Origin: a virus
Taxonomy: Duplodnaviria > Caudoviricetes
Length of the DNA: 35,627 nt
Reading direction: 5' to 3' (one strand)
IMG/VR virus record: IMGVR_UViG_3300032295_001520
Span: 1-35,627 of that record
How positions within the stretch are numbered: position 1 is the first letter of the stretch; every line of letters begins with the position of its first letter. Shown piece by piece: positions 19,101 to 25,917 of this stretch. The notes under the pieces were generated by a model. It saw nothing but the letters and a program-made list of their open reading frames with translations. It was not told where the DNA came from and ran no database searches. The position numbers were made by a program, and so were the translations under genes.

Positions 19101-19437
19101 TATTGTCAACGATCAAGATTATGATTTATCGTCAAATGTAGTTAATAATTTTCCATCAACGGCAACAGGAAATTTTACTATTATTCAATTTGCGCACAAT
19201 AATTTTGGCGTGCCTAGTGGATCGCCAGCGTTGATTTCAACATACACAGTAAACGGTCAAGCGACATATACTTTTTCGTATGATCCACTAGCATTTGAGT
19301 TATACATGAATGGATGTATTGGGATTTCTGGCAGCGACTACACAACAGCAACCGGAACTTATACTTTAATACCAACGCCGACAAATAACATTACAGTACT
19401 TTCACAACAAACTTTTGCGAGAACGGGTGCAGCATGA
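16135..19437 (+). CDS. central tail tip / host-specificity protein (lambda J-like, 1100 aa)
   Basis: LPVIYGTAY, NPGD-like KPGDCISDY, LEAGDIVTIT, Fn3-like WYFFVRMVNELG; C-terminal Thr/Ser-rich beta repeats. Confidence 0.87.
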   Translation: MPSSIVAAFVKAAALYNTSSVFAFAVNMVASAIVARVFAPDEPTIRSTTTPDPGARITAPPAGDNKLPVIYGTAYTGGVLVDMSISSNNQVIYYVIALSEVTNTETGGTPDTFTFGSVYWGGKRVVFDGTDLTKVNGLLDESTGLTDTSVAGKMNFYFYRNGSNTPTNSANSAINVMSDSTLVYKWNSTKQMTNCAFAIVKLQYSQSANIRGLDKVLFQLTNSRTKPGDCISDYLQSTRYGAALSSTEVDFTSLTALNTYSDGSITYAEPGVGTLTKARFRFNGLLNTSQPIMTNLQLMATSCDCLIKYNEITAEWGVIVQSPTYSVSLALDDSNIISALTITPVDISNSFNIAEVKFPDGTQQDSFNTATFDLAVIDPALLFPNEPVNKQQITLQFVNDSVRAQLLANRFLKSCREDLQVQVKINYVGLQLEAGDIVTITNTNYGWSSKPFRIAKIVQEFGTDGSITAALSLMEFNATVYNDASITAFEPSPNTGLADPLVFGTVPAPVVASPNPSAVNPSFQINVTASSAGIIEYAEIWYSAFANPADPQRIFAGTTAIQADGNPYVPGVAMPPVTLTGIAAGNWYFFVRMVNELGSSPFSSASALFQWRPTTFTYENQYLIVAYGDSLTGTGLSASPTGKNYYGLFNSASSSFSTNPADYTWYLAQPTFGTVNKLCYINRTGRTFSFGTAPAAYAASTAAYVPASTFDASLWSALPDGTNIIDLDIRTGQLLTTGTTTVGGGEIAITNNPNGTLVGSLAQFLDFGGSPTFTGSGANLTIDIYGRVVGLVAPDGFYYTSDQFVATAGQTVFTPATRGAGYINGQDLVFRNGVLLVPTSEYTETTSAVTLLNACAVGDNITIISFRSTSTAVYYASMDIAYASGSGTNTLTYSNLPSQIISAGDVLTFANTGTPTQYTVSSINYSTKQIVFTTTFTATAGNSVYRYRALGSTYRTFSRWDVSLSAAATYSPTDFQIISGAEVFFLNGTIVNDQDYDLSSNVVNNFPSTATGNFTIIQFAHNNFGVPSGSPALISTYTVNGQATYTFSYDPLAFELYMNGCIGISGSDYTTATGTYTLIPTPTNNITVLSQQTFARTGAA

Positions 19438-20288
19438 CACAAGCTTTTAATTTATCGCAGCTTGCCAACTTTGTTAATACCAGCGGAAAGTTAGATGCCG
19501 CTAATGGTTTGTATAACCAAACGCCTGTTGCTAATGGCGGCACAGGCAGATCAACGGTTACTGCGGGCGCTTTGTTAATTGGCGCAGGCACATCGGCAAT
19601 GACCGAAATTACAGGCACAACGCCGGGAACCGTTGTTGCATCAAGCCCGACAGGATGGACTGCGCAACCTGCTGGTTCTGTATCAGGTGGTGATTATATT
19701 GCGACCAAATTTGTATCGCCGTCACCGTGGACAAAACCGGCTTTAGCAAAAGGCTTAAGAATTACTGTAATGGGCGGTGGCGGTAATGGTGCCCCAATTG
19801 CAGCTGCCCCTACTGCCGGCGCCTCTGGTGGTGGTGGTGGTGGTGGTGGTGCTGCCGTTAGTTATTACGATGCTCCTGCAATTCCAAGTTCGCCATTAAT
19901 TATTACCGCAGGCGCAGGCACAAATTCATTTGATGTGTTTTTATCAGTTACTGGTGGCGCTAATGGCCCAACTGCTGTTCCGCCGGGTATTGGCGCAGGC
20001 GGCGCCGGGTCAACCGGATTAGGAAATATTTTTTCTTTTTCTGGACAACCGGGAGCTCCGGGTGTGTCACTATTAATTTCTGGGGTAGGTGGAAATGCAG
20101 CGTTTTATGGTTGGTTTGGTGGAGCATCGGCAACAAGACCGGGGCCAGCAAGTGGCGGTGTTAATGGTAATCCAGCACCGGGGCAGCATGGGGCTGGTGG
20201 GAGTGGTGCTGTAAAAACATCGCCTTCAGGAGCATTTACCGGCGGCACAGGTTCACCCGGATTTGTATTAATTGAGGAGTTCTATTGA
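19434..20288 (+). CDS. glycine-rich tail fibre/adhesin
   Basis: PVANGGTG fibre repeat, then ITVMGGGGNG...GGGGGGGG...GGTGSPGFVLIEEFY Gly-rich domain. Confidence 0.78.
   Translation: MTQAFNLSQLANFVNTSGKLDAANGLYNQTPVANGGTGRSTVTAGALLIGAGTSAMTEITGTTPGTVVASSPTGWTAQPAGSVSGGDYIATKFVSPSPWTKPALAKGLRITVMGGGGNGAPIAAAPTAGASGGGGGGGGAAVSYYDAPAIPSSPLIITAGAGTNSFDVFLSVTGGANGPTAVPPGIGAGGAGSTGLGNIFSFSGQPGAPGVSLLISGVGGNAAFYGWFGGASATRPGPASGGVNGNPAPGQHGAGGSGAVKTSPSGAFTGGTGSPGFVLIEEFY
19827..19850 (+). repeat. perfect (GGT)8 trinucleotide tract encoding Gly8
   Basis: Read directly from the sequence. Confidence 0.9.
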
Positions 20289-20491
20289 TGAAAGCTTTAA
20301 TTTCACCACTTGAACAAGTGATAGATTACATGGGCAATTCGGGATGTCGAGTTGCTCAAGTTGAATCATTTGCATTTCCTATTGCCGATCCATTATATTG
20401 GATTGAATGCTCGGATGATTGCGCAAAAGATCAATGGTATTTGATCGAAAACGAATTGCGCCCAATACCGCAACCGCCGATTGAAGAATAA
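20288..20491 (+). CDS. small fibre-associated protein (possible fibre assembly chaperone)
   Basis: Coupled to the fibre gene via TGATG; W-rich (LYWIECSDD...DQWY), Pro-rich end. Confidence 0.62.
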   Translation: MKALISPLEQVIDYMGNSGCRVAQVESFAFPIADPLYWIECSDDCAKDQWYLIENELRPIPQPPIEE

Positions 20492-20512
20492 AACACGACA
20501 GGATAAAACAAT

Positions 20513-21631
20513 ATGTGCGACAAAATTTCACAATTTAACGTCAACAAATATGTGCATCTAAAAGATTTTTTGCACAAAGATTCGTGCGCGGAATTGACCG
20601 CAGCATTAAAAAATTTAGTTGCGCAGCAAAAGACAACAAAAGATGATCAATGCCCATTGTCGGAAGCAGTGCATGGGGCAATGACATTTGATAAATTGCT
20701 GGTGGATTTACTACCGCATTTTGAAGCGGCATCCGGTCGCAAGTTATATCCAACATATTCCTATGCGCGGCTATATGCGCCGGGCGATGAATTGGTCAAT
20801 CACACTGACCGAGAATCATGCGAGATCAGCGCGACAATAACGCTTGGATTTGATGGCGATGTATGGCCTATATACATGGGCGACGATATCGACAAATCCA
20901 ACGCTTCCGAAATTCGCATGGATGTTGGCGATGCGGTCTTATATCAAGGCATGACCAAGCATCATTGGCGCGAGAAATACACCGAAGGCAAATGGCAGGC
21001 GCAAGTGTTTTTGCATTACGTCGATGCAAACGGCAGATATGCAGATTGGAAATTTGACAAGCGCCCAAGTTTGAACTTGCCGCAAGAAGTGCCTCAGGAA
21101 TATCAGCAATGGGTTTATACCGATATTCTTACGCCGGATGCTTGCGACAAAATTATTGCTACCTATGATTCGCTAGATAAACTGCCGCCGGTAATAGGGT
21201 CGGGCGATGGCGCAATCAATCCAGAGATACGTAATGTCGAGCGCGTGATGCTGCCGGTCTATAAGGACATTGGCGGCAGGCTGGCGGCGGCAGGATTGGC
21301 GGCAAATAATCGCGCATGGAAGTTTGACATTACCCATGCCAATCAAGCCGAGTTTCTTAAATACCCGGCAGGCGGGCGCTATACGGCGCACATGGATACG
21401 TTTTTGAATCCAGAGGGCGAATGCCGCAAGCTAACGGTATTGGCTTTCCTGAATGACGATTTTGAAGGTGGCAAATTCTACTTTCAAATTGCACATGAGA
21501 AAATTTATCCACCGCAAGAAAAGGGTACGGTTATTGTGTTTCCAAGCTTTTTGCCGCATGGGGTTGAAGATATAATTAGCGGAACTCGATATTCGGTAGT
21601 GTGCTGGATGGTCGGAAAGTTTTTCAGGTAG
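20513..21631 (+). CDS. tandem double-domain 2OG-Fe(II) oxygenase (prolyl-hydroxylase/PKHD-like)
   Basis: Domain 1: HTD...HWR...QVFLHY. Domain 2: HMD...RKLTVLAFLNDDFEGG...HGV...GTRYSVVCW. Confidence 0.9.
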   Translation: MCDKISQFNVNKYVHLKDFLHKDSCAELTAALKNLVAQQKTTKDDQCPLSEAVHGAMTFDKLLVDLLPHFEAASGRKLYPTYSYARLYAPGDELVNHTDRESCEISATITLGFDGDVWPIYMGDDIDKSNASEIRMDVGDAVLYQGMTKHHWREKYTEGKWQAQVFLHYVDANGRYADWKFDKRPSLNLPQEVPQEYQQWVYTDILTPDACDKIIATYDSLDKLPPVIGSGDGAINPEIRNVERVMLPVYKDIGGRLAAAGLAANNRAWKFDITHANQAEFLKYPAGGRYTAHMDTFLNPEGECRKLTVLAFLNDDFEGGKFYFQIAHEKIYPPQEKGTVIVFPSFLPHGVEDIISGTRYSVVCWMVGKFFR

Positions 21632-21636
21632 AAATT

Positions 21637-21876
21637 ATGGATTGCCAAAACCCAAATTGCCAAGAAGCGGCAGACCGTGCGGTTAAAAAAGTGTTTGCCA
21701 TTTTGGGCGTTGACATTGATCGCCCGGAATCGGTCGAAGAATTCCGCGAGGATTTGCGCTTTGGCAAAAAGCTGCGCAAGATTGCCGACCACAGCACATT
21801 GGCATTTGTCGGTGTGGTCGCGGTTGGCTTTGCAAGCTTGCTATGGATTGGTATTCAATCGAAGTTTGGGAAATAA
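21637..21876 (+). CDS. small membrane protein (C-terminal TM), possible holin/antiholin
   Basis: 79 aa with hydrophobic LAFVGVVAVGFASLLWIGI; start of the lysis region. Confidence 0.6.
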   Translation: MDCQNPNCQEAADRAVKKVFAILGVDIDRPESVEEFREDLRFGKKLRKIADHSTLAFVGVVAVGFASLLWIGIQSKFGK

Positions 21877-21888
21877 TCGGGTGACAAA

Positions 21889-22578
21889 ATTGATCCGATC
21901 ACACTGCTGGCAGCAGCAAATGCAGCGGTCGCGGCGGTCAAGGCCGGGTGCAAGCTTTACAAAGACATAAAAAATGCCGCCGGTGATGTCAACGATGTAC
22001 TAAAAGATTTAAAAGAACAATACGACAGGCTGACCAATCCAACACCGGCGCAGCGGCAACAATACGAATCCGAAAAAAAGCGAGTTCAGGAAATCGCCAA
22101 AGCGGATGTCAATGACGTATATGCGGACATTGGCAACCAGCTTGGCGCTTTGATGGATGCATACGATGCAATCAGCAAGGCATTCTTGAAGGAACAACTC
22201 GACGCAAAAAAAGTTTATCGCGGCGATGAGAGTGTCGGCAGGCGGGCGCTTAAGCGGATTCTAATTACGACAAGACTTGATGCAATGATGGCTGAAATTC
22301 GCGAAGTGATGGTATTTCAAGCGCCACCAGAGTTGGGGTCGTTGTATCAAAGATGGAATGACGCATGGCAGCAGATCGTCGAAGAACAGGAAATCGCACA
22401 CGCTGAAGAAATTAGACTGGCTCAAATCACAGCATGGCAACGCAGAAGAAAAATGCAGGAAATAAAAGCCAAAGCAATATGGGGTTTGGCAGTCGTTTTG
22501 ATATTAAGTTGGGCGGCGGGTCTAATGTGGCTGACAAACAAAAGCGCGATGATGAGGCAATACCTTGGTCACTATTGA
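21889..22578 (+). CDS. coiled-coil protein with C-terminal TM, apparently initiating at ATT (229 aa)
   Basis: Frame is open for 87 codons upstream of the tracked TTG (IDPITLLAAANAAVAAVKAGCKLYKDIK...), with no in-frame ATG/GTG/TTG; SD-like GGGTGA at 21879-21884. Confidence 0.7.
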   Translation: MDPITLLAAANAAVAAVKAGCKLYKDIKNAAGDVNDVLKDLKEQYDRLTNPTPAQRQQYESEKKRVQEIAKADVNDVYADIGNQLGALMDAYDAISKAFLKEQLDAKKVYRGDESVGRRALKRILITTRLDAMMAEIREVMVFQAPPELGSLYQRWNDAWQQIVEEQEIAHAEEIRLAQITAWQRRRKMQEIKAKAIWGLAVVLILSWAAGLMWLTNKSAMMRQYLGHY

Positions 22579-22739
22579 TCACGCTTATGACAGTGTTGCT
22601 AATGTTTTTTATTGTGATGCCGGTCTTGGCGTTTATGTATCATGATATGTTTTATGCAACGCGGGCGGCAATGCATGAAGTGCGGAAGATGAAAGAACTT
22701 CGGCGCGAGATACAGATTGAGAGGATGTATCGTGATTGA
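22527..22739 (+). CDS. single-TM membrane protein, holin candidate
   Basis: TM WSLLITLMTVLLMFFIVMPVLAFMY with basic C-tail, directly before the endolysin. Start uncertain (GTG 22527 or ATG 22434). Confidence 0.55.
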   Translation: MADKQKRDDEAIPWSLLITLMTVLLMFFIVMPVLAFMYHDMFYATRAAMHEVRKMKELRREIQIERMYRD

Positions 22740-23370
22740 TCGCAAAGCATTCAAAGCATTTATTCCGCACAGCAAATATTCTGATCAATGGTATGACACG
22801 CTTTTCGGTGCGCAGACTGAATTAGATGGGCGGTCGCTGCTGGAAGATTACGAAATCAACACACCCAAGCGGATCGCGGCATTCCTTGCGCAGACGCATC
22901 ACGAATCTGGCGGCTATGTTTGGCTGACCGAGAATCTAAATTACAGCGCCGATGGTTTGATGCGCGTGTTTCCAAAGTATTTTAAGACGATGGAAATCGC
23001 CAAAGCTTATGCCCGGCAACCCGACAAGATTGCCAATCGCACTTATGCTGATCGCATGGGCAACGGCGACGAAGCATCCGGCGATGGCTCAAAATACAAG
23101 GGTCGCGGGTTGATCCAATTAACTTTCAAAAATAACTACTTTTGGTTTGCGGCATCGCTGGAAATTACGCCGGAAGAAGCATCCGAATATACGCAAAGTT
23201 TTGAGGGCGCAGCGCAAAGTGCCTGCTGGTATTGGTCTGAAAACCGACTAAACCGTTTTTGCGATGCCAATGATATTAAGGGTCTAAGCAAGGCAATTAA
23301 TGGCGGGTTCAAAGGGCTAGAAGATCGAGAGGTGCAATATGCGCGCGCTTTACGTTTGCTTGGTGTTTAG
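22732..23370 (+). CDS. endolysin, glycoside hydrolase family 19
   Basis: AAFLAQTHHESG, ENLNYS, YKGRGLIQLT, INGG motifs; GTG start with SD GAGGA. Confidence 0.93.
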   Translation: MIDRKAFKAFIPHSKYSDQWYDTLFGAQTELDGRSLLEDYEINTPKRIAAFLAQTHHESGGYVWLTENLNYSADGLMRVFPKYFKTMEIAKAYARQPDKIANRTYADRMGNGDEASGDGSKYKGRGLIQLTFKNNYFWFAASLEITPEEASEYTQSFEGAAQSACWYWSENRLNRFCDANDIKGLSKAINGGFKGLEDREVQYARALRLLGV

Positions 23371-23518
23371 TCTGTTGGCTGGTTGCGAACGCACCAGATA
23401 CTATTGCCAGAATCCATTGAACTGGGACAAGCCAAGATGCCAGCGACCGCAATGCGCAGTGACCGGCACTTGCCCGGATCAATTGCTCAAAGCTGACGAT
23501 ATGAAAGACGTGAAATGA
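23339..23518 (+). CDS. small Cys-rich lipoprotein (59 aa)
   Basis: Translated by hand: MRALYVCLVFSLLAG|CERTRYYCQNPLNWDKPRCQRPQCAVTGTCPDQLLKADDMKDVK. Lipobox LLAGC, SD GAGGTG, ATGA coupling to the next gene. Confidence 0.78.
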   Translation: MRALYVCLVFSLLAGCERTRYYCQNPLNWDKPRCQRPQCAVTGTCPDQLLKADDMKDVK

Positions 23519-23961
23519 ATCCGCTTCGACTATTGGACAAACTTATATCAATCACACCAGAGCAGGCAGACGCGCTGATCAAGTTTTCGATTGCGCTAAC
23601 CTTTTGCTTTACGGTCGTTTTGATGGTTGCCATTTCGCTATATTCGGTCGTTTTCGTCGAGCAACCGATGTCAGGAATGGCACCGGCAGACAAGCAATTT
23701 TTTCTAATCTTGTCCGATATGTCGAAATACATCCTCGGAAGTTTGGCGACATTACTTGCTGTAAAGGGTAAAGACGGCGTACAAAAGCTTTTGGAACCAC
23801 CGGGCGGGTTTACTAAGCCCGAACCAGAAAAGCGCCCAGATCGCCCAGAATCGCCCCGTGTCGAACCATCGTTAAACCCTATTAATTCCCAGGAACCAAT
23901 AGCAACAGGTTATGGCGGCAGGGCAGCACCAGTACAACCATCACACCCGGAGATATCATGA
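23515..23961 (+). CDS. two-TM membrane protein with Pro-rich C-tail
   Basis: Hydrophobic segments FSIALTFCFTVVLMVAISLYSVVFV and YILGSLATLLAV. Confidence 0.75.
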   Translation: MNPLRLLDKLISITPEQADALIKFSIALTFCFTVVLMVAISLYSVVFVEQPMSGMAPADKQFFLILSDMSKYILGSLATLLAVKGKDGVQKLLEPPGGFTKPEPEKRPDRPESPRVEPSLNPINSQEPIATGYGGRAAPVQPSHPEIS

Positions 23962-24146
23962 TTCTGATTTATACTCGGATGGCTTTAACGATCATTGCAA
24001 GCTTGGCGCTGGCATTCCAGATTCATGCTGCCGAAACCAAGAAGGTTTGCCATGCTGAAAAAGATCGCAAGGGCAAAGACGTAAAAGTATGTCGCGATGT
24101 AAAGGTTCATAAGAAATTGGATGCAACGCCAATTCCGAAGAAATGA
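23958..24146 (+). CDS. small secreted Lys-rich protein with one Cys pair
   Basis: Signal-peptide-like MALTIIASLALAFQIHA|AE; VC...VC pair; ATGA coupling on both sides. Confidence 0.65.
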   Translation: MILIYTRMALTIIASLALAFQIHAAETKKVCHAEKDRKGKDVKVCRDVKVHKKLDATPIPKK

Positions 24147-24619
24147 ATCCGATTACTAGCGTTGCCATCGTAATAGTGGTTGCCGGTGTTGCCGGTGTTG
24201 GTGGCTTTGGCAAAGGCTATGTCGCAGGCAAGGCAGACGTACAACAGCAGTGGGATCAAGAAAAGACAAAACAATATGCCGAATATGCCAAAGCGCAAGA
24301 CGAAGCAAGGCAACGCGAGCAGGAAATGCAAGCAACGGCTGACAAATTAAGAAAGGACAAAGATGCGCAGATCAAAGATATTAATGCTCGGCATACCGGC
24401 ATTCTTAACAGCTTGCGCGACCGGCCAGATCGCGCCACCACCGACACAAGTGCAATGTCCGGTGCCGCCAACGCTTGCGCTGGAAGCACCGGCGCGGAAT
24501 TGGCAAGGGGAAATGCGGAGTTTCTTGCAGAATACGCAACAGACGCTGCCAAACTCGAAGCAGCGTTCGCCCAGTGCGTCACGCAATATGACGAAGTAAG
24601 AAAAAAATTTATTAAGTAA
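24143..24619 (+). CDS. Rz: i-spanin (Rz-like)
   Basis: N-terminal TM, long coiled coil, C-terminal Cys; hosts an embedded +1-frame lipoprotein gene. Confidence 0.82.
   Translation: MNPITSVAIVIVVAGVAGVGGFGKGYVAGKADVQQQWDQEKTKQYAEYAKAQDEARQREQEMQATADKLRKDKDAQIKDINARHTGILNSLRDRPDRATTDTSAMSGAANACAGSTGAELARGNAEFLAEYATDAAKLEAAFAQCVTQYDEVRKKFIK
24363..24599 (+). CDS. Rz1: o-spanin (Rz1-like), embedded in Rz
   Basis: MRRSK...lipobox FLTAC followed by Pro-rich APPPTQVQCPVPP; nested in the +1 frame as in lambda. Confidence 0.8.
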   Translation: MRRSKILMLGIPAFLTACATGQIAPPPTQVQCPVPPTLALEAPARNWQGEMRSFLQNTQQTLPNSKQRSPSASRNMTK

Positions 24620-24788
24620 TTTTCTTTGCTTCGCCGCAGGATTTGCAAACCCATCGGCGTTTGGTACGGTTATCAAACAGTTTCCAATAGCCGCCGGTGG
24701 AGTTTCTAGTCAAGGTGCAACTGCTGCAATATCGATTACCGGCGGGGCTTGGTTCGGCAGGCTCAAGAGTGTTTGACAAATATTCCAT
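24612..24788 (-). CDS. small zinc-ribbon-like protein
   Basis: CSSC...CKSC motif pair; start uncertain. Confidence 0.55.
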   Translation of the reverse strand: MEYLSNTLEPAEPSPAGNRYCSSCTLTRNSTGGYWKLFDNRTKRRWVCKSCGEAKKIT

Positions 24789-25071
24789 CTTTTCCGAGAT
24801 ACCCTTCGCGGGTTTTGATTTCGTTATAGGCTGTTTCATAGCAATGCAGTAACGGTACATCTTCAATCGCGGCAATCATGGTCAACGTGACCATAACATC
24901 GCCGATGGCATCAATGATACCGGCTTTGTCATTGTCTGCAATTGCGTCAATCAATTCCTGCACTTCTTCCAACGTCTTTTTAACTTGCGCTGCGCTGGTG
25001 CTGTTGGCAATGATTCCTCTATCTTCGCCCCAACGTACAACATTTAATTCGACAATATTAAATGAACTCAT
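24763..25071 (-). CDS. mazG: MazG-like nucleotide pyrophosphohydrolase
   Basis: KTLEEVQEL...IIDAIGDVMVTL...AYNEIKTREG motif. Confidence 0.85.
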   Translation of the reverse strand: MSSFNIVELNVVRWGEDRGIIANSTSAAQVKKTLEEVQELIDAIADNDKAGIIDAIGDVMVTLTMIAAIEDVPLLHCYETAYNEIKTREGYLGKDGIFVKHS

Positions 25072-25238
25072 TTGATCCCCGTAGCAAAGTTTTCGCGGTT
25101 TAAAATATCAACTACTTTGGCAAACTGATCCAGTTGCCCGGCATTGTATCCAAGATCGTACCCGGTCAAAAATAGATTCCTGATATTGTTATCAAACGAC
25201 AATGAATCTATCAGTGCCACAAATTCATCACGCTGCAT
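25068..25238 (-). CDS. hypothetical protein (56 aa)
   Basis: Translated by hand: MQRDEFVALIDSLSFDNNIRNLFLTGYDLGYNAGQLDQFAKVVDILNRENFATGIK. Overlaps both neighbours. Confidence 0.6.
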   Translation of the reverse strand: MQRDEFVALIDSLSFDNNIRNLFLTGYDLGYNAGQLDQFAKVVDILNRENFATGIK

Positions 25239-25578
25239 TTTGTTCGCCCCATCGTTTCATTGCATCGCGCTCGGCAGAAAACGCGGTGCGGTATTCAAAC
25301 ATTCCTGCCATGTGCGGGTAAGCCAGATCAAACAATCTTGCTAGATATGGCGAGTAGTTGTTGTTGATTTTCCATTCGCCATTTAGTTCGCTGATCGCCG
25401 AATGATGCCGCAGCACATGAATAATGGTTCGCGCTGAGTAATGCTTGAATCCTCGGCTATGAATCTTGGTCGCTTCAATCGCAAAGGCTTGGAAGATGTG
25501 CATATTTTCCGGCAACCAAAACACGAAATCATCGGAAAATAGATCGCGGTTTTCTCGCATCAAATCAAATAGTTTCAT
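25228..25578 (-). CDS. conserved phage hypothetical protein
   Basis: HYSARTIIHVLRHH...WKINNNYSPYLARLF; SD AAGGA; start moved to ATG 25578. Confidence 0.75.
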   Translation of the reverse strand: MKLFDLMRENRDLFSDDFVFWLPENMHIFQAFAIEATKIHSRGFKHYSARTIIHVLRHHSAISELNGEWKINNNYSPYLARLFDLAYPHMAGMFEYRTAFSAERDAMKRWGEQNAA

Positions 25579-25904
25579 TGTAATTTTCCTTGATTGCGTT
25601 GATTGGCATTTTGGGTGCGCCAAGCTTCGATGACGCTGGTGGCGTGAACCATCTTCCATCGATGCAATTCATCTTTATATACAGCGTCTTTGATTGCATC
25701 CAAATGCGCTTGATATTCCTCTGACCGATATGCTTCGCGCTCTTGCGCATTAACCGGCAGGCTATTGAATTTTGCCATTTGTTGCGCTTTGACCGTCTTG
25801 CGGAATTCTTCGGTGTAAATTTTATTGGCTTTGGCTTGCGCGGCTATTGGTGCGTTGGTTCGTAGATATTCCAATGCTTCATCGACTTGAGAATCTTCAA
25901 TCAT
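25575..25904 (-). CDS. helical phage protein (possibly recombination-mediator-like)
   Basis: 109 aa, all-alpha, AQEREAY...IEAWRTQNANQR; SD TGAGGA. Confidence 0.7.
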   Translation of the reverse strand: MIEDSQVDEALEYLRTNAPIAAQAKANKIYTEEFRKTVKAQQMAKFNSLPVNAQEREAYRSEEYQAHLDAIKDAVYKDELHRWKMVHATSVIEAWRTQNANQRNQGKLQ

Positions 25905-25917
25905 ATTTCCTCACATG

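Noticed and set aside
19434-21631. Diversity-generating retroelement or invertible fibre switch
   Set aside because: No reverse transcriptase, invertase, or template/variable repeat pair was seen.
1792-25642. Several E. coli Chi sequences GCTGGTGG (e.g. 1792, 13303, 20193, 20698, 25635; reverse at 14926, 16312)
   Set aside because: All lie in coding sequence and are explicable by common codon runs such as Leu-Val-Val or Ala-Gly-Gly; there is no evidence the host uses the enteric Chi. A codon-controlled count would be needed.
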